Assembly: GCA_049860595.1 (NCBI GenBank)
Contig: CP187551.1
Strand: one strand, 5' to 3'
DNA from: Methanocaldococcus sp. 16A
GTDB lineage: Archaea; AGJL01; Methanococci; Methanococcales; Methanocaldococcaceae
Length of the DNA: 64,000 nt
Below the pieces are notes generated by a model. That model was not told the DNA's origin, made no database searches, and worked only from the letters and a program-made list of their open reading frames with translations. A program made the translations under genes and the position numbers. Shown piece by piece: positions 22,390-31,218 of the stretch. Every line of letters begins with the position of its first letter. The stretch's first letter is position 1.

Positions 22390-22916
22390 AAATAAACTTA
22401 ACTTCTTTAATTTGTGCAATTGTTGGGGGATTGTTTATTAACTTTTATGCTCCAATTTTTCTTGTATTTGTTTATGTTTTAAAGAATTTTAATAAAAATC
22501 TATCTTTATTTGTTTTTATTTTTTATTTATTATTTATTGGGTTTTTAGTTAGTTTTAAATCCTTATATACAAATTGGGAAGTAATATTTTTTGTAGTAAT
22601 TCCACATCTACTTATTTTAAGAGATATGTTGAAAGAGGTAGAGGATAATCAAAATATTATTGTTGCATTTATGTTGTTGTTGAGTTATTTTTATAAGTAT
22701 TTATTTTTTATTTTAGTTTTATACCTATTATTTAATGCTTTTTATAAAGAATTTGATATAAGGGGAGTTATTATTCCTATAGGGTTTGTTATATTGGGAA
22801 TTTTTATCTTTTGGCAATACATTAATTTGTTGAGTTATGATTATTTAACTCAAGTTATGGTTTTAATTGGAATTGGATTAGTTTCATTCTTTATATTCTT
22901 GTTTAAAAAAGAATGA
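22386..22916 (+). CDS. Hypothetical integral membrane protein
   Basis: Almost entirely hydrophobic 176 aa; ATG overlaps the DUF58 stop; GGAGG RBS. Confidence 0.7.
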   Translation: MKINLTSLICAIVGGLFINFYAPIFLVFVYVLKNFNKNLSLFVFIFYLLFIGFLVSFKSLYTNWEVIFFVVIPHLLILRDMLKEVEDNQNIIVAFMLLLSYFYKYLFFILVLYLLFNAFYKEFDIRGVIIPIGFVILGIFIFWQYINLLSYDYLTQVMVLIGIGLVSFFIFLFKKE

Positions 22917-23039
22917 TTGATTTTAGAGGAAATAATTATTACGCTATTAAAAGACTAAATTATTTATATGACATATATATGACTCATAAATAATAAATTC
23001 ACAAATATTACGAACTATAAATTTTATAAGGTGAAACTA

Positions 23040-24413
23040 ATGAAAACTCTAATCTTAGCGGGAGGTGTCGGGAGTAGATTATTTCCATTGAGTAGAGAAT
23101 ATTATCCAAAACAGTTTATAAAATTTAAAGCATTTAAAAAATCTCTTTTTCAATTAACTTTTGAGAGGGCTTTAAAGGTATCGGATATAGAAGATATTTA
23201 CATAGTAACCAATGACAAGCATAAGTTTCTGGTTTTAGGACAAATAGAAGAATTGGGTTATAATTTTAAAGAAAATAATATATTAGTAGAGCCTATAGGG
23301 AAAAATACATTGCCTGCAATCTATTATGGAGTTAAGGTTATAAAAGAGATAGATGGAGATGATTATGTAGCTGTATTTCCATCAGACCATTTAATTGAGA
23401 ATGAAGAGGAATTTATAAAAGCTGTTAAAGAAGGAGAGAAATTAGCTGATAATTATTTAATAACATTTGGAATAAAGCCAAATAAACCACACACTGGCTA
23501 TGGATATATAAAACCTGGAGAGAAGTTAGATATTGGTTATAAAGTAGATGAATTTAAAGAAAAGCCAGATTTAGAAACTGCTAAAAAATATATTGAGAGA
23601 GGTTATTTATGGAACAGTGGGATGTTTCTATTTAAAACTGATATTTTTGAAGAAGAAGTTAAAAGATATTGCCCTGAAATTTATGAAGCTTTTAAAGAAG
23701 AGGATATTAATGAAATTTATAAAAAAGTCCCTGACATCTCTATAGATTATGGTATCATGGAGAAATCTGATAGAGTAGCAGTTATCCCAATAAATATAAA
23801 ATGGAGTGATTTGGGTAGTTTTGATGCTATATATGATGTTTTTGATAAGGATGATAATGGAAATATTATTTATGGAGAAAATGTTATCTTAAATTCAAAA
23901 AATAATTTAGTATATTCTCATGATGGAAAATTAGTTTCTTTAATTGGTGTAGATAATTTAATTGTTGTTGATACAAAAGACGCTTTATTAATTTGTAATA
24001 AAGGTTATAGTCAGAAGGTTAAGGATATAGTTAAATATTTAAAACTAAAAAATGATGAGAGAGTTTTATTCCACAAAAAAGTTTATAGACCTTGGGGATG
24101 GTATGAGGTTTTGGAGGAGGGGAGATTTTATAAGGTTAAAAAGATAACCGTCTTACCAGGAAAAAAGTTAAGTTATCAACTACACTATCATAGAAGTGAG
24201 CACTGGGTTGTTGTTAAAGGAATGGCTAAAGTAACTATTGAGGGAGAAGAAAAGTTCGTTAGAAGTGGAGAAAGTATTTTTGTTAGAAGTGGTTTAAAGC
24301 ATAGATTAGAAAATCCTGGAAAGATTCCTTTAGAAGTTATTGAAATTCAAGTTGGTGAGTATTTGGGGGAGGATGATATCGTTAGATTCAATGACGATTG
24401 GGGGAGGAAATAA
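23040..24413 (+). CDS. manC: Mannose-1-phosphate guanylyltransferase / mannose-6-phosphate isomerase (bifunctional)
   Basis: LAGGVGSRLFPLSR..PKQF, FKEKP, WNSGMF, WSDLG and a cupin domain RPWG...HYHRSEHW. Confidence 0.93.
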   Translation: MKTLILAGGVGSRLFPLSREYYPKQFIKFKAFKKSLFQLTFERALKVSDIEDIYIVTNDKHKFLVLGQIEELGYNFKENNILVEPIGKNTLPAIYYGVKVIKEIDGDDYVAVFPSDHLIENEEEFIKAVKEGEKLADNYLITFGIKPNKPHTGYGYIKPGEKLDIGYKVDEFKEKPDLETAKKYIERGYLWNSGMFLFKTDIFEEEVKRYCPEIYEAFKEEDINEIYKKVPDISIDYGIMEKSDRVAVIPINIKWSDLGSFDAIYDVFDKDDNGNIIYGENVILNSKNNLVYSHDGKLVSLIGVDNLIVVDTKDALLICNKGYSQKVKDIVKYLKLKNDERVLFHKKVYRPWGWYEVLEEGRFYKVKKITVLPGKKLSYQLHYHRSEHWVVVKGMAKVTIEGEEKFVRSGESIFVRSGLKHRLENPGKIPLEVIEIQVGEYLGEDDIVRFNDDWGRK

Positions 24414-24439
24414 AAAATTTTAATATTTGGTGGAATATA

Positions 24440-25768
24440 ATGTATGTTTCAGTTATTGGTACAGGATATGTAGGACTAATACAAGCGGTAGGATTAGCTG
24501 AGTTAGGGTTCAAAGTAGTAGGGATAGATATAGATGAAACAAAAATTAAAGCATTAAATAAGGGAGAGAGTCCATTATATGAAGAAGGATTAGAAGAGTT
24601 GTTAAAAAAGCATGTAAACAAAAATTTAACATTTACAACATCTTATGAGCCGATTAAAGAATCAGAAGTTATATTTTTATGTGTGGGGACGCCACAAGAT
24701 AAGGATGGAAATGCAGATTTAAGATTTTTATTCTCAGCTGTAGAAAAAATAAAAGAAACAATTGATAAAAATGACTATAAAGTTGTTGTTATAAAATCAA
24801 CGGTCCCTGTTGGAACTAATAGGAAAGTTAAAGAACTTTTAAAAGATTATAATGTTGATATAGTGTCTAATCCCGAATTTTTAAGAGAAGGAAAAGCAGT
24901 ATATTACTTCTTTAATCCAGAGAGAATAGTATTAGGTTTTGAAAATTTAGAGAAAAAAAGTGCAATTGAAATAATGAAAAGAATATATAAATATTTTGAA
25001 GAGAAAGGAGTTCCATTTGTAATAACCAATTGGGAAACATCTGAGTTAATAAAATATGCTTCTAATGCTTTCTTAGCAACAAAAATATCATTTATAAATG
25101 AATTAGCAAAATTAGCTGATAAAGTTAAAGCAGATATAAAAACAATAAGTTATGCTATGGGATTAGATGAAAGGATAGGTAATAAATTCTTAAATGCTGG
25201 AATTGGGTATGGTGGGAGCTGTTTTCCGAAAGATGTTAAAGCTTTGATAAAACAGTTTGAAAAGAATAATATTGATCCTATATTAATTAAAGCTACAGAT
25301 ACAGTTAATGAAAAGCAAATAGAATGGTTCTTTGAAAAAATTAAAAACTATTATAAAAACTTAGATGGAAAGGTTTTTGCTGTCTTAGGATTAGCTTTTA
25401 AGCCAAATACTGATGATTTAAGAGAAAGTAGGGCTATAAAATTAATAGATATGTTGTTGGAAAATGGTGCTATCGTTAAAGGCTTTGATTATGTAAAAAA
25501 AGCAAGAGAAAACGCTATTAACCTGTATAAATTAGATAAGTCAAAAGGCTATTATGGTTATAATTTCTATGTATTTGATAACTTATACGAAACTGTTAAA
25601 GATGTCGATGGGATTGTTATAGCTGTTGAATATAATGAGTTTAATAAAGAAGATTGGGAAAGAATAGCTAACTTAGTTAAAGAAAAGGTTATTTTCGATG
25701 GTAGAAATATCTTAGATCCTGAAAAAATCTTAAAATTGGGTTTTAGATATTTTGGGGTGGGTAGATAA
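24440..25768 (+). CDS. ugd: UDP-glucose/GDP-mannose 6-dehydrogenase family protein
   Basis: GTGYVG, SNPEFLREG, KYASNAFLA, GYGGSCFPKD, AFKPNTDDLRES. Start moved to ATG 24440. Confidence 0.9.
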   Translation: MYVSVIGTGYVGLIQAVGLAELGFKVVGIDIDETKIKALNKGESPLYEEGLEELLKKHVNKNLTFTTSYEPIKESEVIFLCVGTPQDKDGNADLRFLFSAVEKIKETIDKNDYKVVVIKSTVPVGTNRKVKELLKDYNVDIVSNPEFLREGKAVYYFFNPERIVLGFENLEKKSAIEIMKRIYKYFEEKGVPFVITNWETSELIKYASNAFLATKISFINELAKLADKVKADIKTISYAMGLDERIGNKFLNAGIGYGGSCFPKDVKALIKQFEKNNIDPILIKATDTVNEKQIEWFFEKIKNYYKNLDGKVFAVLGLAFKPNTDDLRESRAIKLIDMLLENGAIVKGFDYVKKARENAINLYKLDKSKGYYGYNFYVFDNLYETVKDVDGIVIAVEYNEFNKEDWERIANLVKEKVIFDGRNILDPEKILKLGFRYFGVGR

Positions 25769-25785
25769 AGCTTTGAGAAGGAATA

Positions 25786-26051
25786 ATGAAAATCTTAATT
25801 ACAGGAGGGGAAGGATTTATGGGGTTAAAGTTAGCATTAAAATTGCAAGATAAGGAACATGAAGTTATAGTTATAGACGACTTCTCAAAGAATATATAAA
25901 TAATCCATATCAAGAGTTTTATCAAGAACATACTGAGGCTGATTTAACTAACGCCAAAAAATATTTGGGATATAAACCTAAATGGAATTTTGAAGATGCG
26001 GTTAAAGACTATATTGAATGGTTGAGAGATAATGATTACGTATTGAGATAA
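25786..26051 (+). pseudogene. Internally deleted NAD-dependent epimerase, most similar to ADP-glyceromanno-heptose 6-epimerase GmhD/RfaD
   Basis: N-terminus MKILITGGEGFMG...VIDDFS is joined out of frame at ~25887 to C-terminus EYINNPYQEFYQEHTEADLTNAKKYLGYKPKWNFEDAVKDYIEWL. The middle of the gene is missing. Confidence 0.75.
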
Positions 26052-26079
26052 AGTTAAACAATAAAAAATAGGTGATATA

Positions 26080-27120
26080 ATGAAAAATAAAATTGCTCTT
26101 ATTACAGGAATTACAGGACAAGATGGATATTTTTTAACAAAATTATTATTAGAAAAAGGTTACGAAGTTCATGGTATTGTAAGAAGAAATAGCCAAAATT
26201 CTTTAGGAAACTTAGAATACTTATCAGAGGAAGAAAAAGAACAGATAAATATCCATTGGGGAGATGTTACAGACAATTTATTTATAGATGAAGTTATTAA
26301 AAAAATCCAGCCAGATGAAGTTTATCACTTAGCTGCACAGAGTTTTGTATGGTTTAGTTTTAAAAATCCAAGATTTACTTATGATGTTAATATAGGCGGG
26401 ACATTAAATGTCGTTAATGCTATAAAGGAGTACTCTCCAGATTCAAGGATGTATTTTGCTGCAACATCTGAACTTTATGGTAAAGTTCAGGAGATTCCTC
26501 AAAAAGAGACTACACCTTTCTATCCAAGAAGTCCATATGCTGTCTCCAAATTAGCAGGTTTTTGGACAGTTAAAAATTATAGAGAAAGTTATGGTTTGTT
26601 TATGAGTAATGGTATTCTGTTTAATCACGAAAGTGAAATGAGAGGTCCTGAATTTGTTACAAGAAAAATAAGTTTAGGAGTAGCTAAAATTTATTACGGC
26701 TTGCAGGATTGCATAGAATTAGGTAATTTAAACGCTAAAAGGGATTGGGGTTATGCAAAAGATTATGTTTATGGAATGTGGTTGATATTACAACATAATA
26801 AACCGGATGACTTCGTTCTTGCTACTGGAGAAACACATTCTGTTAGGGAATTTGTTGAAGAAGCTTTTAAAGTTGTAGGTATTGATATTGAATGGGAAGG
26901 AGAGGGAGTTAATGAGATTGGTAAAGATGCTAGGACTGGAAAAGTTTTGGTAAAAGTCAATCCTGAGTTTTTCAGACCTGCGGAAGTTGATATATTAGTG
27001 GGAGATTACTCAAAGGCAAAAAGGGAATTAGGTTGGGAACCAAAAGTTAAATTTAAGGATTTAGTTAAAATAATGGTTGAAAAAGATTTAGAAAGAATAG
27101 AAAATGGAATTATTAAATAA
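26080..27120 (+). CDS. gmd: GDP-mannose 4,6-dehydratase
   Basis: GITGQDG, LAAQS, TSELYG, PRSPYAVSK, FNHES, FVTRKI, GNLNAKRDWG. Confidence 0.95.
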   Translation: MKNKIALITGITGQDGYFLTKLLLEKGYEVHGIVRRNSQNSLGNLEYLSEEEKEQINIHWGDVTDNLFIDEVIKKIQPDEVYHLAAQSFVWFSFKNPRFTYDVNIGGTLNVVNAIKEYSPDSRMYFAATSELYGKVQEIPQKETTPFYPRSPYAVSKLAGFWTVKNYRESYGLFMSNGILFNHESEMRGPEFVTRKISLGVAKIYYGLQDCIELGNLNAKRDWGYAKDYVYGMWLILQHNKPDDFVLATGETHSVREFVEEAFKVVGIDIEWEGEGVNEIGKDARTGKVLVKVNPEFFRPAEVDILVGDYSKAKRELGWEPKVKFKDLVKIMVEKDLERIENGIIK

Positions 27121-27139
27121 TTAATATTTGGGGTTTATT

Positions 27140-27832
27140 ATGGCAAATAAAAAAATTTTAGCAATAATTCCTGCTTACAATGAAGAGAAGTCTATTAAGA
27201 TAGTTATTAAAAATATTAAAGATATTGTTGATGGTATTTTAGTAATTGATGATGGAAGTGAAGACAACACATATAAATATGCAAAAGAGTGTGGAGTTGA
27301 GGTTATAAGGTTTGAGAAGAATAGAGGGAAAGGAGCTGCCATAAGAGAAGGTTATAAGTATTTTATGAATTCTAATTATGATATTTGTGTAATTTATGAT
27401 GCAGATGGGCAATATAGAAAGGAAGATATTCCTAAGGTTTGTGAGCCAATTATTAAAGATGAAGCTGATATTGTTGTAGGTTCAAGATTTTTAGGAAAAT
27501 ATAAAGAAGGAGCTAACGTAAATTATAAATTAAGGATTTTATGTAATAATATATCAACTTTTGTGACTCGATTGATGAGTGGATTACCTACCACAGATGC
27601 GCAAAGTGGTTTAGTGGCAATTAATAAATATGCTGCTAAAGTTTTAGATTTAAAAGCTGATAGGTGGGGAATACATCAAGAAATTATTATAAGAGCTGGA
27701 AAAAAAGGTTTAAGATATAAAGAGGTTCCAATAGTATTTGAGAAGAGATTGCATGGGGTTTCTCGGTTGAAGGTTTTGAAATATCCGTTTATTGCATTTC
27801 CTGTGATGTTGAAAGCATGGATTAGGAGATAA
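27140..27832 (+). CDS. GT2 glycosyltransferase (DPM1-like, polyprenol-phosphate sugar transferase type)
   Basis: IPAYNEE, DDGS, NRGKG, DADGQ, GSRF, TDAQSG. Confidence 0.88.
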   Translation: MANKKILAIIPAYNEEKSIKIVIKNIKDIVDGILVIDDGSEDNTYKYAKECGVEVIRFEKNRGKGAAIREGYKYFMNSNYDICVIYDADGQYRKEDIPKVCEPIIKDEADIVVGSRFLGKYKEGANVNYKLRILCNNISTFVTRLMSGLPTTDAQSGLVAINKYAAKVLDLKADRWGIHQEIIIRAGKKGLRYKEVPIVFEKRLHGVSRLKVLKYPFIAFPVMLKAWIRR

Positions 27833-27844
27833 ATTGGGATATTT

Positions 27845-28909
27845 ATGAAAATACTATACATTTGTGGAAGAGAGCCAACATATACAAGAAATTCAGTAAT
27901 ATTAAATGGGTTAATATTACAAAATATTGATGTTATAAAATGCACAAGTGTTGCGAATACTTATCCAAAAAGATATCTTGAAGTGCTGACTAAATATATA
28001 TCAAAAATAAATGAAAATTATGATGTCATATTTATTGGATTTCTTGGACAGCCGTTGGTTCCAATTATAAAACGACTAACTAACAAACCTATAATTTTTG
28101 ATGCGTTTATTTCTATATACGATACTCTGTGTTATGATAGAAAAAAATTTAACCCAAATTCATTTACAGGGAAACTATTTTATTACATAGATAAAAAATC
28201 ATGTGAGTTTTCAGATATAACATTACTAGATACAAATGCACATATAGATTACTTTGTTGAAACTTTTAGATTAGATAAAAATAAATTTAAAAGAATATTT
28301 GTTGGTGCAGATACAGATCTTTTTTATCCAAGAAATATTAGAAAAGAAAATAAAGATACATTTAATGTTTTTTATTATGGAACATATTTACCTTTACATG
28401 GAATTGAGTATATAATTCATTCAGCAAAAATTTTAGAGAAATACAAAGAGATAAAATTTAAAATTATTGGGAATGGGTTGGAATATCAAAAAATTATGAA
28501 ACTTGCAAAAAGTTTGGATGTGAAAAACATAGAATTTATAGATTGGATTCCCTATACTGAATTACCAATCGAAATAGCCAAAGCAGATATTTGTTTAGGA
28601 GGTCATTTTTCGAATATCGACAAAGCAAAAAGAGTTATCTCTGGAAAAACATTTCAATTTTTAGCCATGAAAAAACCGGTTATTGTTGGGGATAATCCAG
28701 CAAATAGGGAATTGCTTGAAGATAGAAAAAGTGCATTATTTGTAGAGCATTCTAATCCTGAAGATTTAGCTGAAAAAATTTTAGAATTAAAAGATAATGA
28801 AAAATTGAGAGAAAAAATTGCAGAAAATGGATATAAAATTTTTAAAGAGAATTGTACGCCAGAAGTTATTGGAAAGGAATTATTGAAAATTATTGAAAAG
28901 GTTATCTAA
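27845..28909 (+). CDS. GT4 (GT-B) glycosyltransferase
   Basis: YYGTYLPLHGIE, KADICLG, KTFQFLAMKKPVI. Confidence 0.85.
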   Translation: MKILYICGREPTYTRNSVILNGLILQNIDVIKCTSVANTYPKRYLEVLTKYISKINENYDVIFIGFLGQPLVPIIKRLTNKPIIFDAFISIYDTLCYDRKKFNPNSFTGKLFYYIDKKSCEFSDITLLDTNAHIDYFVETFRLDKNKFKRIFVGADTDLFYPRNIRKENKDTFNVFYYGTYLPLHGIEYIIHSAKILEKYKEIKFKIIGNGLEYQKIMKLAKSLDVKNIEFIDWIPYTELPIEIAKADICLGGHFSNIDKAKRVISGKTFQFLAMKKPVIVGDNPANRELLEDRKSALFVEHSNPEDLAEKILELKDNEKLREKIAENGYKIFKENCTPEVIGKELLKIIEKVI

Positions 28910-28919
28910 TGTGGTATGT

Positions 28920-30044
28920 ATGAAGGTAGGAATTGTATCAGATAGATTAAACAGAACATTAACCGGAGTGGGAAATTATGTTTATAATTTAATAAAGGAG
29001 CTATCAAAAATTGATAAAAATATTTATTTAATAAATTATAAAGAAAATAATTTATTTCCAGAATTAAATAAAATTATTATAAAAAATCCTTTTGATATAT
29101 TCCCAAAAAAATATTCTTACTATTTTTGGCATCTATATTTAAATTATTATTTAAACACTGAAAAAATTGATTTGGACATTGTACACAGTCCTGAAAATGT
29201 ATCGTTATTTATTAAATTTAAAAAAACTAAAAAAATTATAACAATCTATGACATCATGGCTTTTTGTTTTCCTGATGTATGTAATTTCATAACTCGTAAT
29301 AGGTATAAAATACTATTACCGAAAACACTAAAAACATCTGATAAAATTATATCAATATCTAACCATACAAAACAAGACTTAATAAAACACTTTAAGATTC
29401 CAGAAGATAAAATAAAAGTTATACATTTAGCAGCAAATGAGGACTACAAACCATTAAAAGAAAATGAAATAAATAAAATTAAACAAAAATATAATTTAAA
29501 TTATCCGTTTATTTTATATGTTGGAGGATTAGCACCAAATAAAAATATTGAAAGATTGATACAAGCATTTTACAAACTCAAAAAGCAAGGGATTAATCAT
29601 AAATTAATACTAACTGGGATAAAAAGGTATAAATACAAATCCATCTTTGAAACCATAGAAAAACTAAACTTACAAAAGGATGTTATATTTACAGGTTATG
29701 TTCCAGATGAGGATTTACCAGGCTTATATAATGCAGCAGATTTATTCGTTTATCCTTCTCTTTATGAAGGGTTTGGATTACCACCATTAGAAGCTATGGC
29801 TTGCGGAACGCCAGTAATAACTTCAAATACTTCATCATTACCAGAAGTCGTTGGAGATGCTGGAATAATGGTCAATCCTTACGATGTCGATGAATTAGCT
29901 AAAGCTATGTATGAAGTTTTAACTAATGACGGATTAAGAGAAGAACTATCTAAAAAAGGATTAGAACGAGCTAAATTATTCAGTTGGAAAAAATGTGCAG
30001 AGGAACATTTAAAAGTTTATGAAGAAGTTTATAATATGAAATAG
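28920..30044 (+). CDS. GT4 glycosyltransferase (MtfB/WbpY-like mannosyl- or rhamnosyltransferase)
   Basis: [24 protein letters not shown]. Start moved to ATG 28920. Confidence 0.9.
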   Translation: MKVGIVSDRLNRTLTGVGNYVYNLIKELSKIDKNIYLINYKENNLFPELNKIIIKNPFDIFPKKYSYYFWHLYLNYYLNTEKIDLDIVHSPENVSLFIKFKKTKKIITIYDIMAFCFPDVCNFITRNRYKILLPKTLKTSDKIISISNHTKQDLIKHFKIPEDKIKVIHLAANEDYKPLKENEINKIKQKYNLNYPFILYVGGLAPNKNIERLIQAFYKLKKQGINHKLILTGIKRYKYKSIFETIEKLNLQKDVIFTGYVPDEDLPGLYNAADLFVYPSLYEGFGLPPLEAMACGTPVITSNTSSLPEVVGDAGIMVNPYDVDELAKAMYEVLTNDGLREELSKKGLERAKLFSWKKCAEEHLKVYEEVYNMK

Positions 30045-31218
30045 GGGGAATTGTATGAAAATAGGTATTATTGCAAATCCAATAGATGATATAAAAACAG
30101 GTATAGGTTCATATACATATAATGTATTATCGGAACTTTTTAAAATAGAATATGAAAAAAATAACGATAATAAATATACTATAATCCATCGTAAAAAATG
30201 CGAACATTTGAATAATATGTTAAATAAATACAATTTTTTAAATGAAATTATAATACCAGTACCTAAAATACCATTTGGACACGAAATTCAAAAGATGATA
30301 ATTACACCTAAAGTATTAAAAAATCATGATTTTGATATAGTCCATGATGTATATCATTTTGGACCTTTTTTATTTTTAAAAAAACCTAAGAGAATTTTAA
30401 CTGTTTATGATTTAACTCCATTACTGTATTCTAAAACTCATAAAAAAAGTAAAGTATTAATGCATAAATATTATTTTCCATTAGTTTTAAAAGTAACAGA
30501 TAAAATAATTGCAATATCACATCACACAAAAAACGATATAATAAAACACTTCAAAATTCCAGAAGATAAAATAAGAGTTATACACTTAGCAGCGAATGAA
30601 AACTACAGACCATTAAAAGAAAATGAAATAAATAAAATTAAACAAAAGTATAATTTAAATGATCCATTTATTTTATATGTTGGAACATTAGAACCAAGAA
30701 AAAACATTCTAAACTTATTGAAAGCATTTTACAAACTCAAAAAACAAGGAATAAAACATAAATTAGTAATAACTGGTAAAAAAGGCTGGAAGTATAGAAA
30801 TATTTTTGAACTTATTGATAAACTAAACCTACAAAAGGAAGTTATATTTACAGGTTATGTTCCAGATGAGGATTTACCAGGTTTATATAACGCAGCAGAT
30901 TTATTCGTTTATCCTTCTCTTTATGAAGGGTTTGGATTACCACCATTAGAAGCTATGGCTTGCGGAACGCCAGTAATAACTTCAAATACTTCATCATTAC
31001 CAGAAGTCGTTGGAGATGCTGGAATAATGGTCAATCCTTACGATGTCGATGAATTAGCTAAAGCTATGTATGAAGTTTTAACTAATGACGGATTAAGAGA
31101 AGAACTATCTAAAAAAGGATTAGAACGAGCTAAATTATTCAGTTGGAAAAAATGTGCAGAGGAACATTTAAAAGTCTATGAAGAAGTTTATAATATGAGA
31201 TGAGGGGAATTGTATGAA
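29682..31218 (+). repeat. Direct repeat of about 378 bp (29682-30059 and 30841-31218, period 1159)
   Basis: Near-identical sequence from GTTATATTTACAGG through the stop codon and GGGGAATTGTATGAA, with only a few substitutions. Confidence 0.9.
30055..31203 (+). CDS. GT4 glycosyltransferase (MtfB/WbpY-like), paralog of the preceding gene
   Basis: [21 protein letters not shown]; C-terminus near-identical to the upstream GT. Confidence 0.9.
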   Translation: MKIGIIANPIDDIKTGIGSYTYNVLSELFKIEYEKNNDNKYTIIHRKKCEHLNNMLNKYNFLNEIIIPVPKIPFGHEIQKMIITPKVLKNHDFDIVHDVYHFGPFLFLKKPKRILTVYDLTPLLYSKTHKKSKVLMHKYYFPLVLKVTDKIIAISHHTKNDIIKHFKIPEDKIRVIHLAANENYRPLKENEINKIKQKYNLNDPFILYVGTLEPRKNILNLLKAFYKLKKQGIKHKLVITGKKGWKYRNIFELIDKLNLQKEVIFTGYVPDEDLPGLYNAADLFVYPSLYEGFGLPPLEAMACGTPVITSNTSSLPEVVGDAGIMVNPYDVDELAKAMYEVLTNDGLREELSKKGLERAKLFSWKKCAEEHLKVYEEVYNMR

